Of a stretch of DNA of 64,000 nt, positions 24,886 to 37,129 are shown in pieces. Numbering within the stretch: the first letter of the stretch is position 1; each line of letters starts with the position of its first letter. The DNA is from Squalus acanthias (Eukaryota), in the NCBI GenBank assembly GCA_030390025.1, contig CM059432.1:99078001-99142000 (forward strand). Reading direction: 5' to 3'. The notes under the pieces are model-generated. The model had not been told where the DNA came from. It made no database searches and worked only from the letters and a program-made list of their open reading frames with translations. Both the position numbers and the translations under genes were made by a program.

Positions 24886-26383
24886 ATTAGAGCTGAAGGA
24901 CAGGCTAAGGTGTGTGGCCCAAATAAGCGTTCTTTATACAAATGCACAGAGTATAAGGAATAAATTGAATGAACTGCAGGCGCAAATTCAAATTGGAGGG
25001 TTTGACATTGTAGCCATTACTGAGACATGGCTGCAAGATGGTCAGGACTGGGAACTAAATATACCAGGTTATAAGGTCTACATGAAGCATAGGGAAAATG
25101 GTAGAGGGGAGTAGTAGCCTTAGTGATTAAGGATGAAATCACTCAATGATAAGAGAGGATATAACGAGAGGTAAGCAGGCAGTGGAGACTTTATTGGTAG
25201 AATTAAGAAAACTGGAAAGGATTTAAGACTGTAGTGGAAGTTGTGTATAGGCCCCTTGGTGGCAGCTGTGAAATGTTAGATTGTATAAATGCAGAGATTA
25301 GACAAGTGTGTAGTAAAGGCAGAGTGGTTTAATGGGGGTTTTTAACTTTCATATAGATTGGGATAAGCAGACTAGCACCTGTCAGAAAGGTAGCGAATTT
25401 CTTGAGTGTGTCCAGGATAGGGTTTTCTACAACAATATGGTCTAGAAGCAACAAGGGGGCATGCCATATTAGATTTAGTAATGGGTAATGAGCCAGATTT
25501 AGTTAACAGCCTAACATTGTGTGAAAATTTATCCAATAGCGATCATAATATGATCGAGTTCAACATAATGCTTTAAAGGGAGAAACGCAATTTAGATAAG
25601 GCCGACTTCAACGGGATGAGACAGACACTGTCCACAATAAACTGGCCAAATCTGTTAATGGGTAAAACGACAGAAGATCAGTGGGAGATGTTCAAAAAAA
25701 ACAGATTATTCCCCTGAGGAGCAAGAGCTCTACTTGTCAAAAAAAACAGCCATGGACGACTGAAGAGGTAAGGGACAGTATAAAACTAAAGGAAAAAGCA
25801 TACAAAAATGCAAAAAATAGCACAGATGCTGGTGAATGGGAAAGATACAAAGAACAGCAAAGGGTGACAAAACAGATAGTAAGAGCTACAAAAAGGGAAA
25901 ATGAAAAAAACTTGCAAGAAATATCAAAATCAACACAAAAATTCTTACAATTGTATTAGGGAAAAAAGGGTAATCAGAAGCAATGTTGGCCCCTTAAAAA
26001 CTGATAACGGTGATATTGTCAATGATAATAAGGAAATGGCAGACATGTTGAATAATTACTTGGCATCAGTATTTACAGTAGAAGAAGAGGATAGCATGCC
26101 GAAAATCCCAAGGAAAGGAATATTGAATCAAAATAACAGTAATGAAGAAAATAATGGCACTAAAGAGTGACTAATCCCCAGGACCAGATGGTTTCCAGGG
26201 TTTTAAAGGAAGTAGGTGAGCACATTGCCCTAACCATAATCTCCCAAAGTTCTCTCAATTCAGGAACCGTTTCTTTAGATTGGAAAATTGCGCATGTCAC
26301 TCTGTTATATAAGAATGGCAAGAGAGGGAAAAAATTGAGAGGTCGCACAACACCAGGTTATAGTCCAACAGTTTTATTTGAAA

Positions 26384-26421
26384 TCACAAGCTTTCGGAAC
26401 TATCGCTCCTTCCTCAGGTGA
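26384..26421 (-). ncRNA. Minimal type I hammerhead ribozyme motif
   Basis: Reverse complement reads tcac-CTGAGGA-aggagcgatagttcc-GAAA-gctt-gtga. Confidence 0.8.
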
Positions 26422-26755
26422 AGTAAATTGGATACAGAATTGTCAGAGCATATATAGATGGAAAAAAAAGCATGTGTACTTTACAATTGCAGACCAATAA
26501 ATTAAATCATCCTGACTATCTGCCGAGGTGTGATAAAGTTAATTAAGTCAGCCAGGAAGGTACCACATCAAAAGACATAGCAAGATACAACTGAGACAAT
26601 GAGGTGAAGTCGCAGGGGTTCTAACGTGTCAAAAGCTGCCGTCTGTATGTAAAACGAAAAGCTTTAAAAAAAAATTTACTTTTTTACTGGGAAAATTTTT
26701 ACTTTTTTACTGGGAATCACATCTGTGAACAAGCTAACGACGACTCGAGTCCGGA

Positions 26756-28091
26756 TCACGTCATGTATCGTGACATAAACCCAAGATCTCGATTGAGACC
26801 GTCTTCATGAGTGCAGAACTTGGCTATCAGTTTCTGCTCGATGATTTTGCGTTGTCGTGTGTTTCTAAGGTTGCCTTGGAGAACGCTTACCCGCAGATCC
26901 GAGGCTGAATGTCCTTGACTGCTGAAGTGTTCCCCGACTGGGAGGTAACAATCCTGCCTGGCGATTGTTGCGCGGTGCTCGTTCATACGTTGTCTCAGTG
27001 TCTGCATGGTCTCGCCGATGTACCATGCCGCGGTGCATTCTTTCCTGCAACGTATGAGGTAGACAACGTTGGCCGAGTCACATGAGTATGTACCATGTAC
27101 CTGGTGGGTAGTGTCCTCACGTGTGATGGTGGTATCTGTGTTGATGATCTGGCATGTCTTGCAGAGTTTGCCATGGCAGGGTTGTGTGGTGTCGTGGTCG
27201 CTGTTATCCTGAAAGCTGGGTAATTTGCTGCGAACGATGGTACTTCTGAGGTTAGGCGGCTGTTTGAAGGCAAGTAGTGGAGGCGTGGGGATGGCCTTAG
27301 CGAGGTGTTTGTCGTCATCGATGACATGTTGAAGGCTGCGAAGAACATGTCGTAGTTTCTCCGCTCCGGGGAAGTACTGGACGACGTAGGGTACCCTGTT
27401 GGTTGTGTCCCGTGTTTGCCTTCTGAGGAGGTCTATGCGATTTTTCGCTGTGGCCCGTCGGAACTGTCGATCGATGAGTCGAGCGTCATATCCCGTTCTT
27501 ACGAGGGCGTTTTTCAGCGTCCGTAGGTGTCCATCGCGTTCCTCCTCGTCTGAGCAGATCCTGTGTATTCGCAGGGCTTGTCCATAGGGGATGGCTTCTT
27601 TAACATGGTTAGGGTGGAAGCTGGAGAAGTGGAGCATCGTGAGGTTGTCCGTGGGCTTGCGGTAGAGTGAAGTGCTGAGGTGTCCGTCTTTGATGGAGAT
27701 TCGTGTGTCCAGGAATGAGACCGATTCTGAGGAGTAGTCCATGGTGAGTTTGATGGTGGGATGGGACTTGTTTATGTTATCGTGTAGTCTTTTCAGTGAT
27801 CCTTCGCCATGGGTCCAAAGGAAGAAAATGTCGTCGATGTATCTGGTGTACAGCGTTGGCTGGAGGTCCTGTGCAGCGAAGAAGTCTTGCTCGAACTTGT
27901 GCATGAAGATGTTGGCGTATTGGGGTGCGAATTTGGTCCCCATGGCTGTTCCGTGTGTTTGGGTAAAAAAATGGTTGTCGAAGGTGAAGACATTGTGGTC
28001 AAGGATGAAGCGGATGAGTTGTAGGATGGCGTCTGGAGATTGGCTGTTGTTGATGTTGAGTACTGAGGCTGTTGCAGCGATGCCGTCATCG
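26756..28091 (-). CDS. 5'-truncated but uninterrupted Penelope RT + Cys-rich linker + GIY-YIG endonuclease
   Basis: 'GTAMGTKFAPQYANIFM', 'RYIDDIF', 'LYRKPTD', 'CHGKLCKTC' and 'NVVYLIRC...WYIGET...RMNEH'. The first ~20 aa of the ORF-track call come from the inverted arm. Confidence 0.92.
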
Positions 28092-28551
28092 CTTTCAGGA
28101 TAACAGCGACCACGACACCACACAACCCTGCCATGGCAAACTCTGCAAGACATGCCAGATCATCAACACAGATACCACCATCACACGTGAGGACACTACC
28201 CACCAGGTACATGGTACATACTCATGTGACTCGGCCAACGTTGTCTACCTCATACGTTGCAGGAAAGAATGCACCGCGGCATGGTACATCGGCGAGACCA
28301 TGCAGACACTGAGACAACGTATGAACGAGCACCGCGCAACAATCGCCAGGCAGGATTGTTACCTCCCAGTCGGGGAACACTTCAGCAGTCAAGGACATTC
28401 AGCCTCGGATCTGCGGGTAAGCGTTCTCCAAGGCAACCTTAGAAACACACGACAACGCAAAATCATCGAGCAGAAACTGATAGCCAAGTTCTGCACTCAT
28501 GAAGACGGTCTCAATCGAGATCTTGGGTTTATGTCACGATACATGACGTGA
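28091..28551 (+). CDS. Duplicated Penelope GIY-YIG endonuclease segment (partial)
   Basis: Translation is identical to the C-terminus of the minus-strand ORF. Confidence 0.85.
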
Positions 28552-28885
28552 TCCGGACTCGAGTCGTCGTTAGCTTGTTCACAGATGTGATTCCCAGTAA
28601 AAAAGTAAAAATTTTCCCAGTAAAAAAGTAAATTTTTTTTTAAAGCTTTTCGTTTTACATACAGACGGCAGCTTTTGACACGTTAGAACCCCTGCGACTT
28701 CACCTCATTGTCTCAGTTGTATCTTGCTATGTCTTTTGATGTGGTACCTTCCTGGCTGACTTAATTAACCTTATCACACCTCGGCAGATAGTCAGGATGA
28801 TTTAATTTATTGGTCTGCAATTGTAAAGTACACATGCTTTTTTTTCCATCTATATATGCTCTGACAATTCTGTATCCAATTTACT

Positions 28886-28923
28886 TCACCTGAGGAAGGA
28901 GCGATAGTTCCGAAAGCTTGTGA
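28886..28923 (+). ncRNA. Minimal type I hammerhead ribozyme motif
   Basis: tcac-CTGAGGA-a-ggagc(gata)gttcc-GAAA-gc-tt-gtga. Helix I is tcac/gtga; helix III is reduced to the palindrome AAGCTT. Confidence 0.8.
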
Positions 28924-30047
28924 TTTCAAATAAAACTGTTGGACTATAACCTGGTGTTGTGCGACCTCTCAATTTTGTCCACCCCAGTCCAACACCGGCA
29001 TCTCCGCATCAAGAGAGGGAAACCCAGGGAATTATAGACCAGTTAGCCTAACATCTGTTGTCGGGAAATTACTAGAGTCTATAATTAAGGATAGGGTGGC
29101 TGAACACCTCAAAAATTTTCAGCTGATCAGAGAGATCCAGCATGGATTTGTGAAAGGTAGGTCATGCTTGACAAACCTGATTGAATTTTTTGAGGAGGTG
29201 ACTAAAGTAGTGGGCAGGAGAATGTCTATGGATGATATTTATATGGACTTCCAGAAGGCATTAGATAAAGTCCCTCGTAAGAGACCATGGAATTGAAGAC
29301 AAATTATTGACCTGGTTAGGAAATTGTTTGAGTGGCAGGAGACAGAGTGTAGGGATAATGAATAGGTATTCTAATTGGCAGAATGTGACTAATGGAATCT
29401 GTGTTGGGGCCTCAACTATTCACATTATTTATTCACGACTTAGATGATGGCATAGAAAGCCATATATCCAAATTTGCCGATGACACAAAGATAGGTGGCA
29501 TCGTCAGCAGTGTAGATGAAAGCATAAAACTATGGAGAGATATCGATAGATTAAGTGAATGGGCAAAACTGTGCCAAATGGATTTCAATGTAGGCAAAGG
29601 TGAGGTCATCCATTTGGACCTAAAAATGATAGAACAGGGTACTTTCTAAATGGTGAAAAGCTAAAAACAGTGTAGGTCCAAGGAGACTTGGGGGTCCAGG
29701 TACACAGATCATTAAAATGTCATGAACAGGTACAGAAAATAATCAAAAATGCTAATGGAATACTAGCCTTTATATATAGAGGACTAGAATACAAGGGGGT
29801 AGAAGTTATGCTGCAGCTGTACAAAGCCACACCTGAAGTACTGTGAACAGTTCTGGGCACCACACCTTAGAACGGATGTATTGGCCTTGGAGGGAGTTCA
29901 GCATAGGTTTACCAGAATGATACATGGACACCAAGGGTTAAATTACGAGGAAAGATTACACAAATTGGGCTTGTATTCCCTACAATTTAGCAGGTTAAGG
30001 GGTGATTTGATGAAGTTTTCAAGATGTTAAGGGGAACAGATAGGGTA

Positions 30048-30239
30048 TCACACAGAATCACAGAATCCCCACAGTGCAGATAGAGGCCATTTCGGCCCAT
30101 CGAGCCTGCACCGACACATATCCCACCCTATCCCCGTAACCCCACGTATTTAATCCCCCTAACACTAAGGGTCAATTTATCATAGCCAAATCAACCTAAC
30201 CCGCACATCTTTGGACTGTGGGAGGAAACCGGAGCACCC
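30048..30239 (-). mobile_element. 5'-truncated HE1/V-SINE-like SINE
   Basis: V-domain-like gtgggaggaaaccggagcacccg and a CR1-type tail. Apparent TSD gggta. Confidence 0.7.
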
Positions 30240-30348
30240 GGGTAGATAGAGAGAAACTATTTCCGCTGGTTGGGGAGTCTAGGACCAGGGGGCATAGTCT
30301 AAAAATTAGAGGCAGACCTTTCAGGAGTGAAATTAGGAAACACTTTTA

Positions 30349-30470
30349 AGGCTACGGACCAAGTGCTGGAAAATGAGATTAGAATAGATAAGGGCTTGAT
30401 GGCCGGCGTGGACACAATGGGCTGAAGGGCCTCTTTCTATGCTGTATAAATCTATGACTCTATGACTCTA
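30349..30470 (+). mobile_element. Short CR1 3' UTR insertion with (ctatgact)n tail
   Basis: gggctgaagggcct...ctatgactctatgactcta, flanked by tttta duplication. Confidence 0.65.
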
Positions 30471-31090
30471 TTTTACACACAAAGGGTGGTAGAAGTTTGT
30501 AACTCTCTTCTGCAAATGGCAATTGATGCTAGATCAATTGTTATTTGAGATTGATAGATTTTTGTTAACCAAAGTTAGTAAGGGATATGGGCCAAAGGCG
30601 GGTATATGGAGTTAGGTCGCAGATCAGCCATGATCTCAATAATTGGCGGAACAGGCTCGAGGGGCTAAATGGCCTACTCCTCTTCCTATGTTCCTATGGA
30701 AGGAGAGACACCACAAAAGATTCCGAACACACTTCATAAAATGATCAAAATTCACTTCACACATATTTACAGCAACAATATGAACTAATCACCCTTGTGC
30801 AATTCCTTAGTGCCTATCGTTCGTGTGCCTTTTCCTACTCTAGTGCTCCTACAAAGTGCTCCCCAGGTGGCTGCAACATGGCTGGTGGAAGGCTGCTGAG
30901 TTTCTATGGGGGAGACTACAGATAGCCTTGCAGGACAACCTCGAGCAGCTCTGGCCCTAGAAGGCCCGGCTGCAGACTGCACCACCTCGGCATGGGTGGC
31001 AGCAGTCTGGTCTGGCTGGCTGACAGGCAGCAGCAAGGGCAATGGTGGTACGGCATTAGTGGGCAAAGGAATGCTGTCATCCTGAGAGAG

Positions 31091-31303
31091 TGAGAAGTCA
31101 CACAACACCAGGTTATAGTCCAACAGCTTTATTTGAAATCACAAGCTTTCGGAGCGCTGCTCCTTCGTCAGGTGAAGTGACTTCACCTGACGAAGGGGCA
31201 GCAGCTCCGAAAGCTTGTGATTTCAAATAAAGCTGTTGGACTATAAACTGGTGTTGTGCGACTTCTCACTTTTGTCCACCCCAGTCCAACACCGGCATCC
31301 CCG
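31091..31303. mobile_element. Miniature palindromic Penelope derivative with hammerhead motifs on both strands
   Basis: ~90-bp arms centred on 31179. HHR motifs at 31139-31175 (-) and 31183-31220 (+). Nearly the same tail as 28977-29009. TSD catcctgagagag. Confidence 0.92.
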
Positions 31304-32576
31304 CATCCTGAGAGAGGACAGCAGGGTCCTGCGCCACTGACCCACTGCCACTCCTCTGGGGTGGCACCTCAGCATTTCTAGCAATCTGTTGGAGCACACA
31401 TTGCTGGGCAGCTGCGACACCCTGCTAGCGCCGGTCGACAGTGGTAAACCCAGCCACGATGGCAGCAGGGTGCTTGGGTGGCATCAAGCAGAGACTACAT
31501 GAGAGCGGTCTGCGCTTCCGCTGCAGCACTTAGACATTGGGTCGCTTCCACCTGTGCTGCAATGGCAGACGCGACATCGCCCATCATGTGCCATTACGGC
31601 TGGGTCAACACGGTCTCTTCGGGAGTCTTCCATCTTTTCCAGCCTGGAAATCATGAGCTCCAAGCTCTGCACAGAGCCTCATGCAATGTTGGAGGCAAAC
31701 TCCTCCACGCTTCTTGACATTGCCATGAGGCTCTGTGGCAGGCTTGCCATTGCACCTATAAATTCGGTGTGCATGTCCATCACCCTTCTTCTGAAGGCTG
31801 TCCCATTGAGGTCCTCATCTGAGTCCTGTGCAGCAGAACTCTCGCGCGAACTCACCCCCGAGCTACCTTTTCCCCCTGGCCTTGCTGCAGCCCACTCGTG
31901 CCCGGTGCCTCACCCTGTGCAGATCCTGTTACTGCACTACCCTCTAAAGTATGCATAGTGCCAGTTTCTGAGCTGGTGTCAGCGAGTGACAGATGCAGCG
32001 ATGCAGTGTCTTCTTCTTCCTCTTCTTCTCCCCCCTCGCCCTCTTGCATCATCTTGGGGATAGGCTGGTCCAGTGCCTGCTGTTTATTATCTGAAAGCAG
32101 AAAGGCACAGGGGTTGGGTTATGGTGAGGAGATGGTACGGGGATGCAGATATGCATGCATACAGCATCAGCTGCTTAAAAATAAGAAGAGGTTGTTGGAT
32201 GAGGGGGAAGTGGGATGTGAGAAGAAGGATTAGGAATGACCATACCATTGTTGTTCCCAGGGGTTTCAACCTCGCCGGTTGCCACGGCCTTTACGATCTA
32301 CTGCCCAATGATCTGCGGAACTCTCTCCTCCAGCTGGCTGAGGTCCTGCATGTCAGCCTGCCCCTGCCTGTCTGCTGTTGCTCCCTCTGGTTGTGAGCCA
32401 CCTTGGCCTGCAAGACAAAGGGAAGTGTGTGTGTGAGTGCGGTGCAATGTGTTTGGGTGATGTGCCTGCCATAGTTGAATAGCTGTCAGTGTGTGCAGTG
32501 TGTGAGTGAGTGTTGCAGCAGTGGTAAGGTTGTGAGGGTGAAGTGAAGCTATGATTGTGAGGTGTGAGGGGTGATA

Positions 32577-33040
32577 AAGAATGACTTGCATTTATATAGC
32601 GCTTTTCACGACCACCGGACGTCTCAAAGCGCTTTACAGCCAATGAAGTACTTTTTGAAGTGTAGTCACTGTTGTAATGTGGGAAATGCGGCAGTCAATT
32701 TGCGCACAGCAAGCTCACGTAAACAGCAATGTGATAATGACCAGACAATCTGTTTTTGTTATGTTGATTGATGGATAAATATTGGACAGGACACCGGGGA
32801 TAACTCCCCTACTCTTCTTCAAAATAGTGCCATGGGATCTTTTACATCCACCTGAGAGAGCAGACAGGGCCTCGGTTTAACATCTCATCCGAAAGACGGC
32901 ACCTCCAACAGTGCAGCACTCCCTCAGCACTGCACTGGAGTGTCAGCCTAGCTTTATGTGCTCAAGTCCCTGGGACTTGAACCCACAACTTTCTGAGTCA
33001 GAGGCAAGTGTGCTACCCACAGAGCCATGGCTGACACCGC
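32577..33040 (-). mobile_element. Deu-domain SINE in intron 1 of the Myb gene
   Basis: Close reverse-complement match to 3111-3560. Possible TSD tgata. Confidence 0.88.
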
Positions 33041-33549
33041 TGATATGTAGAGATTGTTGGTAGGTGAGTGATGGGGGTGAGGTGCATTGAGCAGTGTGTG
33101 AGGCTTGTGGTGCAAATGGTGGGATATGGAATTTGCTGAAGCCTTCACTCACCTTGATCACCCGTGTGAGGTCATTAAACTTCTTTTGGCACTGGATGGC
33201 TGACCTTGGCACTACTGAGCTGGCTGTTACATGTGCGGCTATCTCCTGCCACATCCATTGGGAGGTGTATGGCGAGGGCTTCCTTCTAGCCTGGGGGAAG
33301 AGGACAGCCCGCCTCCTCTCCACGGCCACAACCAGTGCCTCCAGAGCTGCTTCCGAAAATCTCCTGGCTCTCTCCCTTTGAGGATGCTCTGCCATGGCTT
33401 TGGAGATCCTTTCTCTTACTCTTCCTTCTTCTTCTGCTTCTTCTTCTTTGGTGTACAGTAGTCAGTTTCTTAATAAATTAAATATGTTGCAATATTTAAA
33501 GCATGTTAAAAGATGCCTTTTAGCGTCCTTGTGTGTAAAAAAAACCCTT

Positions 33550-34293
33550 GGCCCAAAAATTAGTCTTAGTACGCGAGAGTACGCACTGTGTACTCTCGCG
33601 TATTCTGTCTCCAATTGCCGGTTTCCAGCATGCATTGCGCATGCGCTGAAAACCGGCACTTGATGAACTGAAAAGGGGGCGGTTCCTAGGTGAACCGCGT
33701 GCGCGCTACAGGCTGTGCGCACGCAGTGCACTTAGTGCTTTGAACGCGCAGGTAAGCATGGAAGATTTTGCACATAAAGAAAGGAGGCGTAAGACCCTCT
33801 TTTAACAAGGTAAGTAGTTAATTAAGTATTATTTTAAATTTTTTTCAACAGGTTTATCTTTTTTAGAGACTTTAAAGAAAGGTAAGTTTATTTTTATAAC
33901 TTTTAAAAAGATTTTAAATTTTTTCTAAAATTTAATTTTTTGTTTAAAGTGGTTAATTTATTTAACTATACTTATTTTATTAATGTGATGGTTTTTAAAA
34001 AAAAATTAAATGAGGTTTAGCTGTTCTCTTGGGGGGGTATAGATTCATAGCTTTGACAGCCCTTGCTGTCAAAACTATGAATGAAAGATGGTGTGCTGCC
34101 ATTGGCTCTAACTGAATCACGTGATCCCACAGCGCGCACGAATTAACTGCGTCTGTGGGATACGCACACACTGCACAGCTGCAGCCTTGAAACTAAAGTT
34201 CGTGTGAGCTCGGAAGGAAAAGGCAGGCGCGCAGTGAGATATCGCGGGGAAGTCTTACCCCCGCAGGAAGGCTCCGTCTTTAATTTCTGGGCC
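33550..34293 (-). mobile_element. Harbinger-type MITE, diverged family-B member
   Basis: TIRs ggcccaaaaatta / taatttctgggcc with TSD CTT. Collinear with 38185-38947. Confidence 0.85.
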
Positions 34294-36044
34294 CTTAATT
34301 TTAAGAGCCTCCTCGAAGGCCAGCAACCGGGCACAATTGGCGGAAACTCGCTGTACTGATTAATTCGACCCGGGCGCATGCTCAGTTTTGTGGGTGGGGC
34401 TAGCTTCCAGCCGATATTTTTTAAACTAGGGTAAAAGATCGCGGAATCTCAATTCGTGCTGGACGTAATTTGCGCTTGAAATTCACGATCATTTGCTCTG
34501 GTTTGGCCAAATTTGGGTGAATTGCGTTGGAAAAAAGAGTGTAACCTAGGCCAAAACTCCAGGCCAATGTTCTTATTTAATACATTTTCCAATCGTTTCT
34601 CTCTCCGCCACCCCGCCGCCAACACACACACAATCTACCTCAGTAACAAGTGTGTGACTGTCCAAGGTTCAAATATCACTATGGGTACTGCAGCATTGAT
34701 TCTTGGTTGACTTTTTAAGAGTAATTACAAAATGGTATTGGGAGAATTTCTGCACTCCTAAGTACTTTATTCCCCCTTCTGCTCCTTGCAGAATGCAACC
34801 AATCCTCTGAGGCTTATGTCCAATGGTGTCTAAGTATCGTGGCTGAGATTTGAGCTTAATTTCCAAGTCTAATCTAGTGCTGTGGTATTGTAGCTACTCA
34901 GCTGCTTCTTCGTGTAATCTTCTTCTAAAGAAAGATTCCAATATTGCTAGGATGTGCCTGGCCTTCATTTTAATATATTTTATACTATCATGGTGCCTGT
35001 ACCCTGAACTTTATAATGTCACAGTATGTAATGTGAGATAACTTTAATTGAGCTATCCAGCACCGGTAGTAAAGGTTATCTCACAAACAGTTTTACTTGA
35101 AATGTTTTACCTATTATTAACTTCGTGAGGAAGCCAAAGGAAAATCTCTCAGCAAAATAATTTCATGGATATGGGATTATAAATGTGCGTGACACTCATA
35201 CTGACAGGCACAATTATGTGCATAGGATTGATAATATAATCAGGAACTGCAAGTGGAGCCATAGGAGAAATTATATTCCAAGTACTTAGGTCTGACATCT
35301 TTTTATATATATTTCTTTTCAATGAGGCACAGAAATGGCCTTTACTGTTTCTGTTCTTATTCTGGTGGATGCAACCTGGGACATCTAGAAATTCAATAGG
35401 AATGCCATTAGCTACAGAACTACTTACTTATGAATTCTTATTAGGTCCAGAGTTTCATCCTCTGCACTTTTACAGAGCTCAGCCATGTAAAGGCTGACTC
35501 AGTGAGTTGTAAAATACTGCATGTATGCAACTGATTCAGGTCACAGGGCTAGGACAATTTGCTAAACTGTGAAATTTAGTTGCGTCTGTTAGATATTATT
35601 TTCACTCGATCATGAGTTATTAACACTTTAATTTCTGATGAAAAAAGAAACTGAAGCCTCCACAATGATTTAGTGAGTAAGTGAACCATCTTGTGTCACG
35701 CTTGGCCATACAGATCAGAAAGAACAATTTGACTGACCTCAGCATTTCCAGGATAAGAAGGGAAAAGGGTTAACTGAGGCTTTCTCTTCTGACCACTGTT
35801 CAGTGTGCTCCATTGGAAGTGTGTAGGTATCAATGTTGGAAGAAGGTTGAACTAAACCCAACTTCAATCACCCCATCAGTTGGACCACTTACTCATACTC
35901 CCTAACTGCACATGAATAATGGATAACTTCTCTATCATGGAATCAAGCCCACTCAATCTTAAGGGATAGTTCTACAAATGTTCTCCAATTCCCAAAGGCA
36001 AGTTGAATATCTCCATGCTGAATTATTCCTTCAATTTCTTTGTG

Positions 36045-36152
36045 ACGTTTCAGGTCTGACAAAAGGTCATCGACCTGAAACGTTAACTCTGTTTCTCTCA
36101 CTCCACAGATGCTGCCTGACCTGCTGAGTATTTCCAGCATTTTCTGTTTTTA
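36045..36152 (+). mobile_element. Penelope-like family-2 3' fragment with mutated hammerhead core
   Basis: ctgacaa-aaggtcatcgacct-gaaa-cgttaac...gatgctgcctgacctgctgag. Preceded by a 12-nt inverted piece, acgtttcaggtc. Confidence 0.7.
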
Positions 36153-37129
36153 TCCTAAATTTACATTGTGTGCCCATTTGCTGCCCAAGATCTGCTCCAC
36201 CCCATCACCCATTTGCTTAACAGGAAATGAACCAGGAGCAACAAGCACAGTGCTCACTACAGGCTCGATTTGTGCACACTCAGTCAGACTGGACTAAAAT
36301 TCCAGGTCCACGTCCTCCATTATGGAAACAAAACTTGCCTTTTATTTCAATACCAAACACCAAGCCAGTGACTTGAATTAACAGCACCATTAATGGCGGA
36401 GGCAGCTGGCACAAGAGAAATGGAGAAATACACAGGACCCTGAGCGACTTGACCCACCCGACCTCATCGCCATTAATCCTTTAGTGACAAAGGCAGCCCC
36501 CCTCTTTCCTCCTGCCCAACCCTTTCACAAATAGCCGGCGGTACTTCAAAGGACACGAGCTCCCAGACTAGGCTGATCCATCCACCAGAGAAACACATGG
36601 CCATGAATATAAAGCTCCAAGTCCGAGGTAGGAGGTAAATCGTGATAACGCCTGCTGCTATTTTATTAACTCAGATTGAAGATATTGAAGGACAGAGTCA
36701 CACCGGATCCTGATTATTACTGCCTTGCCACAGGCCCAGAGACTGGAGAGTCTCTTTCTTTCCTTCCCCGTCCCCCATCAATGCCACATGGTATGTATTG
36801 ACGCCACTTTTTCAAATGGCGAGCGGCTTCCAATCAACACGGCGGTTCCGCACGAGTGGAAAGAAAAAGCTTGAAAGGAAGGCTCGTGCTACCTCGACCC
36901 ATGCAACGCTGGACTAACGCATGGATTTCTCCACCCCAACTCAGGTTTCAATCCCCCGGAAGAGAGGTTATAACTCCCACTATTTTATTTAATAGTTAAA
37001 AGCGGCGAGTGGTTTATGAACGTGGAAGCAATTAGAGCTGGATCAAAAGAAAAACTACCGAGATAAATACCGTTGTAAAAGTCAGTAAGATGCAAAGGGA
37101 CTTGTCTAAGTATTCAAATGGTGTCCAAC

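Larger units (their letters stand above)
26332..29009. mobile_element. Young Penelope-like retroelement insertion with 886-bp inverted repeats
   Basis: Arms 26331-27216 and 28091-28976 are reverse complements of equal length. A ~33-nt tail is present on the right only. TSD caagagagggaaa (26319-26331, 29010-29022). Confidence 0.95.
23968..30698 (+). mobile_element. Long degenerate CR1 LINE (APE endonuclease, RT, 3' UTR) hosting four later insertions
   Basis: 'LYTNAQSIRNK...DIVAITETW' (APE), 'QHGFVKGRSCLTNL' and 'KFADDTKIG'. The 3' UTR ends cctatgttcctatg. Confidence 0.9.
30785..33395 (-). pseudogene. Harbinger Myb/SANT DNA-binding protein gene, 3 exons (33395-33153, 32407-32246, 32090-30785), disrupted
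   Basis: 'RARRFSEAALEALV...RRAVLF...WQEIA...RSAIQCQKKFNDL'. Canonical GT/AG boundaries. Confidence 0.8.
22239..34565. mobile_element. Reconstructed autonomous-type Harbinger element (about 4 kb native) split by nested insertions
   Basis: Transposase on + (22702-23878) converges with a 3-exon Myb/SANT gene on - (33395-30785), separated only by a CR1 insertion. TIR match is weak (agcctagaaatt / aaactccaggcc). Confidence 0.6.

Noticed and set aside
28092..28153. N-terminus 'MSCRVCHG...' of the 465-aa ORF
   Set aside because: Antisense read-through from the inverted arm, not native Penelope sequence.
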